A stretch of 63,083 nt of DNA, filler included. It is 3 parts of 3 records of this genome, joined end to end, with 100 filler letters (N's around TTAATTAATTAA, not from the genome) between each part and the next. Parts side by side here need not be neighbours in the genome. Positions count along the whole stretch, not along the records: positions 1 to 31,531 come from DRR723986_14739; 2 more parts are not named here. One strand, written 5' to 3'. Of this stretch, positions 1-8,000 are shown piece by piece; position 1 is the first letter of the stretch; every line of letters starts with the position of its first letter. A model generated the notes under the pieces. The model was not told the DNA's origin, ran no database searches, and was given only the letters and a program-made list of their open reading frames with translations. The translations under genes were made by a program, and so were the position numbers.

Positions 1-17
1 CCGCGTACCTGCGGAAC
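1..17 (-). CRISPR. Probable truncated first CRISPR repeat (array would lie left of the window)
   Basis: Reverse complement is GTTCCGCAGGTACGCGG: starts GTT, has a CCGC/GCGG stem, and is separated from RT-cas1 by an AT-rich leader-like stretch. Only one partial copy is visible. Confidence 0.4.
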
Positions 18-147
18 AGGCTCTCAGCCTCACCCCCTTGCAAGCAATTGTCAACATGATGATTGAAAACATGTGCTTCCACGAATACTCTCATCAAAGT
101 ATCTATTTTGCCTGATTTTTCATTATCCGTGGAAACATGGTCATTTT
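18..147. promoter_or_regulatory. Putative CRISPR leader / divergent cas promoter region
   Basis: AT-rich compared with the GC-rich cas genes; contains an imperfect inverted repeat CATGTgcTTCCACGaATA (70-87) / TATcCGTGGAAACATG (124-139). Confidence 0.45.
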
Positions 148-2169
148 ATGCCGGATTGCCTGAACACCAACCAGCATTTCGCTGATACCTTCCGCCAGGC
201 GACCAGGTTCGACACGCTGTGGTCCGCCTGGGAAAAAGTGCGAGCCAACAGGGGCGCGGCGGGCGGGGACCGCATCACCGTCGATGCGCTCGACCGGCGA
301 GCCCCGACTGCGCTCTCGCGGCTGTCGCATCAGCTCCGGCAGGGCAGCTATGCGCCCGGGCCTTCCCGACGCGTTCACATCCGCAAGCCGAGCGGAGGCT
401 TTCGGCCGCTGGACATCCCCTGCGTGATCGATCGCGTCGCCCAGGGCGCCGTCGCCATGACCCTGTCGCCCATCCTGGAAGAGCATTTCGAGGACGGCAG
501 CTTCGCCTATCGCCCGGGCCGCTCGGTCGCCCAGGCCGTTCACCGCGTCGCCAGACTGCGGCGGGACGGCTACACCTGGGTCGTCGACGCGGACATCGAA
601 CGCTGTTTCGAACGCATCCCGCACGATCGCCTGCTTCACAGGCTGGAAAGCGTCGTCGCCGACCCGGATCTGATCGACCTGGTGGCGCTCTGGCTGGAAA
701 GCCACGACCGGTCCGGGATAGGTATTCCCCAGGGCTCTCCCCTGTCTCCCCTCCTCGCCAATCTCCATCTCGACGCGATCGACGACGAGATCGAGAAGAA
801 GGGCGTTCGCATCGTCCGCTTCGCGGATGACTTCCTGCTCCTCTGCAAGACGCGGGAACTTGCCGACTCCGCCCTGGCCCATGCCGAGGAACTGCTCATG
901 GAGGCCGGCCTGGAATTGCACGAGGGCAAGACCCGCGTCGTTGCCTTCGACCAAGGGTTCAGGTTCCTGGGTCACGTCTTCGTGCGCTCCATGGTCTGGC
1001 AGGAAGTGTTCCGCGAGGAGGTGCCGGGCGAGGACCTGATCGCTGCGGCCGAAGCCGCCCTGCGCGTGGAAAGCGCAGCTGAAAAACGCGATACGCAGGC
1101 GGATGGCGACGGGGCGGAGAAAAAAGATGCCGAAGGATTCCCGCCCGGGCGCTGGGCTCCTCGGCAAAAGGTCCTTTACGCCGTCGAGCCGGGACGCACG
1201 GTCTATGCAACCGGCGGCACCTTCCAGGTGCGCGACGGCGAGGCGGTCTTGCTGACGCTGCCGCAGCGCTCGGTCGACCGGATCGAACTCGGCAACCACG
1301 TGACGGTCACGATGGAAGCGCTCGACCTGGCCGCCTCGACGGACACGGAGATTGTGCGGGTCAACGGCTACGGCGAGACGCTCGGCCGATGGCAGGGCCC
1401 GGAGGAACGCGACGCGCGACTGCAACTGGCGCAGGCGGCCGCCATTCTGGACCCGGAAAGACGCCGCGGACTGGCACAGCGCCTCGCCTTCGCGCGCGTC
1501 CACAACCAGCGCATCTTCCTGAAGCGGCAGAACCGGACGCGCAAGGACCCGGAAACGGATGCCGTCTGCCTTCAGCTGAACCGGATCGTTCGCAAGCTGG
1601 ACCTCGCCACCCTCCAGGTGGAAGAGGCGATGGGTCTGGAAGGCCATGCCGCCGCGCTCTACTGGCCCGCACTCGGACGCCTAACCGCCGAACCGTGGCT
1701 TTTCGCCAACCGCCGCAGACGACGCCTGAATGCCGACCCCATGAATATCGCCCTCGACGTGCTGTCGTCCCTCTTGATACGCGACATGCACGTCGCGATC
1801 AGCCGCACCGGACTTCATCCGGGCTTCGGTGTCCTGCACACGTCGCAGGATCAAGCGGATGCCCTCTGCTACGACCTGGTCGAGGAGTTCCGCGCGCCCG
1901 TGCCAGAGGCCTGCGTGATGGCGCTGGCTGCCCGAAAGGGACTTCGCGAAGAGCATTTCACGCGCAAGGGGGCCAATCGTTTCCGGATCGGCAGGAACGG
2001 CTACGCCACCCTGGTGCGCTCCTACGAAGCCTGGGTCAACCGCCCGATCACCGATCCCCAGACAGGCGAAAAAACCCTCTGGCGGGGCCTTATGCTCAGC
2101 CAGGCAAGGCACTTCGCCGACTGCTGCCTGACCGGCGAAGCCTATCAACCCTACAAGATGGACTACTGA
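148..2169 (+). CDS. cas1: CRISPR-associated reverse transcriptase-Cas1 fusion (RT-Cas1)
   Basis: N-terminal group II intron-like RT motifs (GAAGGD, RPLDIPCVIDRVAQ, SFAYRPGRS, DADIERCF, GIPQGSPLSPLLAN, RFADDF, FLG). C-terminal Cas1 motifs (MGLEGHAAALYW, GFGVLH, LCYDLVEEFR). ATG at 148 preferred over GTG at 73. Confidence 0.95.
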   Translation: MPDCLNTNQHFADTFRQATRFDTLWSAWEKVRANRGAAGGDRITVDALDRRAPTALSRLSHQLRQGSYAPGPSRRVHIRKPSGGFRPLDIPCVIDRVAQGAVAMTLSPILEEHFEDGSFAYRPGRSVAQAVHRVARLRRDGYTWVVDADIERCFERIPHDRLLHRLESVVADPDLIDLVALWLESHDRSGIGIPQGSPLSPLLANLHLDAIDDEIEKKGVRIVRFADDFLLLCKTRELADSALAHAEELLMEAGLELHEGKTRVVAFDQGFRFLGHVFVRSMVWQEVFREEVPGEDLIAAAEAALRVESAAEKRDTQADGDGAEKKDAEGFPPGRWAPRQKVLYAVEPGRTVYATGGTFQVRDGEAVLLTLPQRSVDRIELGNHVTVTMEALDLAASTDTEIVRVNGYGETLGRWQGPEERDARLQLAQAAAILDPERRRGLAQRLAFARVHNQRIFLKRQNRTRKDPETDAVCLQLNRIVRKLDLATLQVEEAMGLEGHAAALYWPALGRLTAEPWLFANRRRRRLNADPMNIALDVLSSLLIRDMHVAISRTGLHPGFGVLHTSQDQADALCYDLVEEFRAPVPEACVMALAARKGLREEHFTRKGANRFRIGRNGYATLVRSYEAWVNRPITDPQTGEKTLWRGLMLSQARHFADCCLTGEAYQPYKMDY

Positions 2170-2173
2170 CCCG

Positions 2174-2461
2174 ATGGCGAGGCCCGAGCACCTGTTCATC
2201 TTTGCCTATGACGTCGTCAAGGACGGCAACCGCACGCGGCTGTCCTCCATCCTGGAAGACCGGCTGGTCAGGGTACAGAAAAGCGTCTTCGAGGGGCGTC
2301 TGACCTCTGTCAGCGCCAAACGTCTTGCCGAACGCGCCTCGCTGCTGCTCGGGCCGGAGGACTCCCTCAGGGTCTACTGCGTGACGGAGGCGGGGCGCAG
2401 GTCGAGCTTCGCCTTCGGGCCTCAGCCCCTGCCGGAAGCCCAGGAATTCTGGCTGGTATGA
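2174..2461 (+). CDS. cas2: CRISPR-associated endonuclease Cas2
   Basis: 95 aa; FAYDV...R..L...RVQKSVFEG...EDSLRVY signature; 4 nt downstream of RT-cas1. Confidence 0.95.
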   Translation: MARPEHLFIFAYDVVKDGNRTRLSSILEDRLVRVQKSVFEGRLTSVSAKRLAERASLLLGPEDSLRVYCVTEAGRRSSFAFGPQPLPEAQEFWLV

Positions 2462-3360
2462 TCACGCTGTTCCAGCTCGGTCACGACCTCGCCAACCCGC
2501 CGCAGAAAGTGAATGCGGCAACCACCTGCGATCTGTGGATCGTCGACAAGGTGAGGTTCGTCTGCCAAAGGCCGGACGGGCTGAACGACTACCCGGAACT
2601 TCCCGTGCGGATCCGGGGCGGCTTCGGCCGCGCCCTTCATGCGCAACCCACTCTAAGACTGCCCTCCGGCCGCGCGATGCCGTCCGCGGCGGACGTGCTC
2701 TTCTCCCCCCTCTCGCATCGCACCAGAGGGGCTGAAATTCCCAAGCCGTTCGTTCTCCAGACCGAGGTTCACGGACCGCACTTGACGGTCGATCTTCTGC
2801 TCTTCGGCATGGCAGGCCGATGGCTGCAGCCGGCGGCGGACGCGCTCGTGGAAGCGCTCGAAGGCGGCATTGCCCTCTCGCCCGAAGCCAACGCGCTGCG
2901 CGTTCCCCTGCGGGTTCTGGATGGCGGGCTGAGCAGGATCGTCGGCGTGGATCGCGAGCTATCGGGGACGAGCGTGCACCTGCAGTTCCGAACCCCGGTC
3001 AGCGTCCGCAATCAGCAGAAGGCGCGCCTCGATCCGAGGGCCGTGTTGCGAAGCATTCCACGGCGCGCGGCGAGCCTTGCCCGCTGGCAGGGCTTCGAGA
3101 TCAGCGACAACTGGCAGGATCTGGCCGCGGACATCGAGGCCCTGGAGATCACGGACGACAGGCTCATCCCCTATCGCTGGCACCGCTTCACGCAGAACAT
3201 GGGAGGGACTCCCGTTCCGATGGAGGGCCTGATCGGCTCGTTCGGGGCGTCGGGCCAGATGGGAAGGCTGCTGCCATACCTTTCCATCTGCGCCTCGTGT
3301 CACACGGGCAGCCACGCCAGCCTTGGTCTCGGCCGCTATGACCTAGCCGTCTATCCGTGA
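2458..3360 (+). CDS. cas6: CRISPR pre-crRNA processing endoribonuclease Cas6 (RAMP)
   Basis: IRGGFGRAL N-terminal motif, KPFVL, FRTP and C-terminal Gly-rich loop HTGSHASLGLGRY; ATGA overlap with cas2. Confidence 0.88.
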   Translation: MITLFQLGHDLANPPQKVNAATTCDLWIVDKVRFVCQRPDGLNDYPELPVRIRGGFGRALHAQPTLRLPSGRAMPSAADVLFSPLSHRTRGAEIPKPFVLQTEVHGPHLTVDLLLFGMAGRWLQPAADALVEALEGGIALSPEANALRVPLRVLDGGLSRIVGVDRELSGTSVHLQFRTPVSVRNQQKARLDPRAVLRSIPRRAASLARWQGFEISDNWQDLAADIEALEITDDRLIPYRWHRFTQNMGGTPVPMEGLIGSFGASGQMGRLLPYLSICASCHTGSHASLGLGRYDLAVYP

Positions 3361-3421
3361 GGAGCAGCGGCGATGCGACAGCCTCACTTGTCAAGTTCCT
3401 GAAAAGGCGCCCCGACGGAAA

Positions 3422-3613
3422 TTACGTCCAGTCGCGCAGTTCCTCGTCGCTCATTGGCTCGAAGAGCTTCGCGGGCACTTCATACTGCCCCGCGCCGGCA
3501 CCCAGCCTGCGCGCTCTGGTCTTCTCCGCCGATGGCTTCACTGTTTCGGAATGCTTGCTGACTGAGCAATCGACGGAGGCGCCCGCGTTTTCGCCAAGTG
3601 GAGGATTACTCAT
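3422..3613 (-). CDS. Small protein resembling the C-terminal part of Phd/YefM- or DUF2281-type antitoxins
   Basis: 63 aa; GGAG RBS 7 nt before ATG; ends RRLGAGAGQYEVPAKLFEPMSDEELRDW, like the RRxGxxxG..P..F..PL.EEEL..W tail of type II antitoxins. Confidence 0.5.
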   Translation of the reverse strand: MSNPPLGENAGASVDCSVSKHSETVKPSAEKTRARRLGAGAGQYEVPAKLFEPMSDEELRDWT

Positions 3614-3962
3614 TCTTGCACTCCAGTTTCGCCAGCAACCGCCGGGTGCTCACAAGCCTATCTCAGATTGACCGACTGACCAAGTTTCGCTGACGATGCA
3701 ACATGTCCTTCCGGTCAGGATTTCGTAAACATTTCGAATAAAGAGCCTTAGATCACCACTCGCACGGATGCCTTTATCAAAATTCTTGTCAAAGTTTTGA
3801 TGACCGACGCTCAGGGCTCGTCCGTCTTAGTCAGCCAAGCGTTTTCAAATACAGCTGACCAAGCCAAGATCGGCCGCTTTTTCGAAGTTTTAGCACCCCT
3901 ACCCATGGTTTTAGTAGAAGACATGATGTACCTTAAGGATAGTCTGATTATGTGGTGACAAA

Positions 3963-5552
3963 ATGGTAGAAGCGACACATTCACGGCTATTCTCCCTGTT
4001 GTCTTCAACAGGTAATTGCTGGATCAAAGAGCCCCGCAATTGCTCATCTCGGTCGCATTATTCGGCACCAAGTAATATTTTAATTCTGAAATCAAGAATT
4101 TCTATTAGATCTCTTTTTAACTTCACTCTTCTTATCGCCACCCTTTCAATAACTTCGGCCTCGGCGCAGGAGGCCCCGGAAAGCTGGATTTCCATACCCT
4201 TGTCGATTGGCATTAGCGATCTACAGAGCTTTGCGGATCGCGCCCTTCCGAACCCTTTGCACCGCGACAGCTACGGTCGCACCTGTGTCGAACCGCAAGA
4301 GGCCTGCACAAAGGTGCCCGAGTTCCGGGGATTCAAGGTCACCTTCGGGATGCAGTGTGTCGAGGTGTCTCCACGTGTCAACTGCGACATCGAGGAGATG
4401 ATTGAGCGGGAGGGGCCGATACGAATTCGCGGCGACGGACCCGATATCGTTTTTCAGCAGGATATCTACGGCTCAGCCACAGTCACAGGACGCGGCGATA
4501 TCGGTAAGAACATTCGCCAGACCATCCGCGCAAAAGCGGAGATTACCGCGACAGCTCGCCCAAGTCTAAAAAGCGATTGGACGCCGGCTTCGCCAGTGAA
4601 GATCGAATACCGTTGGCTCGAGCGACCGGAATTCAAGCTGTTCAACCTTTTCCCAATCAGCCTTGGTAGCTTGCTCAGCCAAAAGATTGATGCCGAACTT
4701 CCCAATATCGAACAGAACATCCAGGCGCAGATCGCCAGGATCGACTTGCGCGCTGAAGCAGACAGACTCTGGCGCGCGCTGCAGGAGCCAATTGCGATCG
4801 AGTTGTCGGAAGATGCCTCAGCATACCTGCATATCGATCCGTTCTCGATTGGTCTCGACGGTCCGCACTTCGAAAATGGAGCCATATTGGGCCGTCTTGT
4901 GATTGGGCTGCGGGCAACCTTCGACAGCAGCGAATCCGCACAGCTCCCAACGCCGCTACCCAATCTCACCGAGGCTGCCCATAGAGGCGTTTCGTTGCGG
5001 CTTCCCGTCCGCCTCGAAGCCGGCCAGTTGAACGCACTCGTTGCCGACGCCCTGCCGGTAACAATTCCCGTCGAGGGGCCGCTTTCGGGAGACTTGACCA
5101 TCCGCTCAGCTACAGTATCGCTCAACGATAGTACCATGACGCTTGAACTTTCGGTTGAGGGCGCAGGGCTTCTGGCACCGCTGCCGTCCAGCCTTCATGT
5201 GACAACCCGACCCGTTCTGGACCCCATGGCGCAATCCCTCTCCTTCACGGAAATCGAGGTCTCAGCAGCTGAAGAGGCGGGCTTGACCGCTCCGTTGGCT
5301 GCTGCGGCGCTGGCGATGGCAAGGCCGTTTCTTGGAGATACCGTCGAGGTCGAACTCGAACGGCACCTCGCTGCGCTGGGGAAAGCGCTTGAAGCCGCGC
5401 TTAATCGCGATCTGGCGCCAGGCCTGCACATGACGGGAAGCGGAGCCCTGCGGCCGGCTCATATGAAAATCGAAGCAAACGCGATTTCGGTGGAGATGGC
5501 GCTGGATGGAAACGTAAGCGTCACAGGCTTCGATCCTTTGAGGCGACCTTGA
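3963..5552 (+). CDS. DUF4403-like exported protein (start uncertain)
   Basis: Signal-like segment (LLIATLSITSASAQE) at about aa 55-70, then SWISIPLSIGISDLQ and RAEADRLWRALQEPI motifs typical of DUF4403; the true start is probably downstream of 3963. Confidence 0.65.
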   Translation: MVEATHSRLFSLLSSTGNCWIKEPRNCSSRSHYSAPSNILILKSRISIRSLFNFTLLIATLSITSASAQEAPESWISIPLSIGISDLQSFADRALPNPLHRDSYGRTCVEPQEACTKVPEFRGFKVTFGMQCVEVSPRVNCDIEEMIEREGPIRIRGDGPDIVFQQDIYGSATVTGRGDIGKNIRQTIRAKAEITATARPSLKSDWTPASPVKIEYRWLERPEFKLFNLFPISLGSLLSQKIDAELPNIEQNIQAQIARIDLRAEADRLWRALQEPIAIELSEDASAYLHIDPFSIGLDGPHFENGAILGRLVIGLRATFDSSESAQLPTPLPNLTEAAHRGVSLRLPVRLEAGQLNALVADALPVTIPVEGPLSGDLTIRSATVSLNDSTMTLELSVEGAGLLAPLPSSLHVTTRPVLDPMAQSLSFTEIEVSAAEEAGLTAPLAAAALAMARPFLGDTVEVELERHLAALGKALEAALNRDLAPGLHMTGSGALRPAHMKIEANAISVEMALDGNVSVTGFDPLRRP

Positions 5553-6820
5553 TGACGGGAAAAGACGACCATGGGCGCCCCAGCGCAAGTCACTCGGGCG
5601 ATGATGACCAGACTGTCGGGCAGGCCGCCAAAGCCAGACGAACGGGACAGGAGCGCATCCAGGACTTAGCAGAAGAGCACGTCAAAGCCCTTGCCAGGGA
5701 GGCGATCGACGCTTGGCAGGAGGAGCGCGACAAAGCTGCTTTCAAACTATTTGACCGGACGTCCTGGCGGAATGTCAACAGGCTTTCGCTGGGTAGTGCC
5801 GTCGTCGCTGCAGCGCTGGTGTGCTTTGCTGCAGGCTGGGAGTTGTGGAACCCAGAGACCAACGACCTGCTCGGCCTGTTTAACAAGGCGATGGGCACGG
5901 ATGATCACATCTCGTCCGCACTGAAGGCTGAGTATAAAAAAACCGACTTCAAGCGTGCGGTCGGTGATGTGGTGACGCGAAGCTACCTGGAAGACACCTT
6001 AGGCAATGCCATCGAAGGGAAGGTCAAAAAGTTACACGAATCACGCGATTTCGAGACTTTAATCGACGCCTCGCTTGCCAGAATTGCAGAAAAAGAACCT
6101 GGCAGTGGAAACCCGCTTCGTTCGTTTGTCACACATGCAATGCGCGCAGCACCTGTTCTCGCCTTTCATGGTGAAGCGGTTTTCGGCAACCCTCGGACGA
6201 TCACCTTTACAAACAGCGCTTGCAAGAGCCTCCTGGCCTCGGCGGCCCTACCTCCGGCCGAGGGCGAACTCCCACCTCCCCAAGTCGTGGATTCTGAGGG
6301 CGCTGAGGATTTCTGCACCAGCAACGTACCTATTGACTTCTCGGATTCTCTCGACATCCCTTTTCACGCGCGCTTTTTTGACTTGGCCCGTGTCGGTCCG
6401 TCACACGAGGTCTGGATCGTAATCTTCATTGACCGCAAACTGCGCGCGGACGGGAAGCAACTCGCGGATCAGTTGACAGCTGAGAACCACCCAGCCGGCC
6501 TCTGCGTCCTGTACAACGCTGCTGCCAACCATATTGGCGCGCGTTACCGCATCGAGGACGGCCTAATACTTTCGAAGATGGTGACAGCGGGCAACGGCTT
6601 CTGGACGACAAACCTCACGGAAATCCTAAAGGAAAAGGGGATCGGCACCGAAACCGGCAACACCATTGATCCCTCAGAACTGCTACACAGCATCACCATT
6701 AAGTACGTTCGAGATGGCGAGTCCGGCCCATGCGACAATATCGCTCCCACAGCGGATCAGATCATCTCAGTGCGAGCCGTGGTGCTCGTAAACAAGCGAG
6801 CGGACGAGCAACTTAGATGA
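5552..6820 (+). CDS. Hypothetical membrane-anchored protein
   Basis: About 422 aa; one hydrophobic helix (LSLGSAVVAAALVCFAAGW); TGATG overlap with the upstream gene; no family recognised. Confidence 0.75.
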   Translation: MTGKDDHGRPSASHSGDDDQTVGQAAKARRTGQERIQDLAEEHVKALAREAIDAWQEERDKAAFKLFDRTSWRNVNRLSLGSAVVAAALVCFAAGWELWNPETNDLLGLFNKAMGTDDHISSALKAEYKKTDFKRAVGDVVTRSYLEDTLGNAIEGKVKKLHESRDFETLIDASLARIAEKEPGSGNPLRSFVTHAMRAAPVLAFHGEAVFGNPRTITFTNSACKSLLASAALPPAEGELPPPQVVDSEGAEDFCTSNVPIDFSDSLDIPFHARFFDLARVGPSHEVWIVIFIDRKLRADGKQLADQLTAENHPAGLCVLYNAAANHIGARYRIEDGLILSKMVTAGNGFWTTNLTEILKEKGIGTETGNTIDPSELLHSITIKYVRDGESGPCDNIAPTADQIISVRAVVLVNKRADEQLR

Positions 6821-7458
6821 GCCTGCCGACGTCCACACCATTCGATCAGGCATGGAGTTCGGTCGGGACGTTTCTGCTAGCCACGGCGATCGCTATCTAT
6901 TTCTTCCTCACCACCGGCGCCTTCGCGCTCTTTGAAGTTCCCGGAACCCCAATGGATGACGGCAGTGTCGTCGCCTACGCCTATTTCGGCGCACTACTGC
7001 TGAGCGCAGGCTTGATGTTTCTCGCGTTCATCGCTATTGCCGCTGCAGGGGCCGATGACGGACCCGTTTCACCGCCTTGGCCGCGCTTCCGCCCTATCGA
7101 GGACAAAGATTGCCGCCGAGTGCCAGGGCTCGCGATCGTTTCTCTGTTGACCGTGACGCTTGTTCCACTTGCAATTACGATCCTTTGCCTCGTCCGTTAT
7201 GTAAACAAGAGTCGCATCGCAACCTGGCTTCCTCCCGAGGCGCTGGACCACGGCTTCTTCTCCAGCAGGTCTGCGGCGCTTGCTCACTCATGCGAACAAA
7301 GTGCTTGCTTCAGAATGTACCCGGCAAGCGGCGCTCCTGAATGGTTCCTAGCGAGTGACTTAGCGCTGCTTATCATAATTGCTGCCGCTGTTACGGCCTG
7401 GGCATGGCTCGCAGTAATCGTGAGGCGAAGGAAAACCAACAGGAGTGGCCGCACATAG
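6817..7458 (+). CDS. Hypothetical integral membrane protein (about 4 TM)
   Basis: 213 aa with four hydrophobic segments and a basic C-tail; ATGA overlap with the upstream gene. Confidence 0.75.
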   Translation: MSLPTSTPFDQAWSSVGTFLLATAIAIYFFLTTGAFALFEVPGTPMDDGSVVAYAYFGALLLSAGLMFLAFIAIAAAGADDGPVSPPWPRFRPIEDKDCRRVPGLAIVSLLTVTLVPLAITILCLVRYVNKSRIATWLPPEALDHGFFSSRSAALAHSCEQSACFRMYPASGAPEWFLASDLALLIIIAAAVTAWAWLAVIVRRRKTNRSGRT

Positions 7459-7721
7459 GCCAGTCCTTCATGTTGTTACACGCACACCAGTTGAAGCGCC
7501 CAAAAAGGAAATGGTTCCAGCCCTGCGCAATTTGCTTTCGAGCTTGTGAACGGTCAAACAGGGCGCACGAAGGAACAATCTAGGTCGATTCTGGTTAAGA
7601 TCAGCGCAAAAAGGTTTCCACCATAGCTAGACCACAACAAAACGCATACAAAACTTACCTACAATTCGAGACGCAGAGATATTACAAGTCCTTGTTATAA
7701 AACACTTTTATTTGATTTCCG

Positions 7722-7749
7722 GAGAGTTCAAATCTCTCCGGCAGCACCA
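7722..7749 (+). mobile_element. Isolated tRNA 3'-end copy (att-like site of a tRNA-integrated genomic island; likely tRNA-Thr)
   Basis: GAGAG-TTCAAAT-CTCTC-CGGCAGC-A-CCA is a perfect T-arm, acceptor 3' strand, discriminator and CCA, with no tRNA 5' half upstream. IHF-like motifs at 7685-7697 and 7777-7789. Confidence 0.75.
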
Positions 7750-8000
7750 TTTCACATTTCTTCCCGCAAAAGACGCTAACACCTTGAATAGTAAGGTAAT
7801 TGCTGGCGTTCTACAGTCCTCGTTTCGGGTGTATTCCAAGCGCTTATTAAAAGCCTATCTGAGGACTGCATTCTGCAACTCGACGGCGCATGAGCCCTCA
7901 AGGTTCTTCCTTGCGTTCCATTGCCGGAATAACGCCGCAATGCTTGGTTTTATGGGGTAAAGCCCTAGCTAAGCTGCTTGCGAGCTTGTGAGGAAATGCG

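Noticed and set aside
61-70. GATTGAAAAC, resembling the ATTGAAA(C) 3' end of many CRISPR repeats
   Set aside because: Single copy with no periodic repeats around it; more likely leader sequence.
148-1000. Group II intron, retron or DGR interpretation of the RT
   Set aside because: The RT runs in frame into Cas1 and is followed by cas2 and cas6; no maturase/endonuclease tail, intron domain V, msr-msd or template/variable repeat pair was seen.
103-1647. 514-aa minus-strand ORF and other long antisense or alternate-frame ORFs (e.g. 1389-2303, 15827-16816, 17937-19115, 29049-30119)
   Set aside because: They overlap well-supported genes in GC-rich DNA and show no motifs; treated as shadow ORFs.
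7680-7749. A full tRNA gene
   Set aside because: Only the T-arm, acceptor 3' strand and CCA are present; the upstream sequence cannot form D or anticodon arms.
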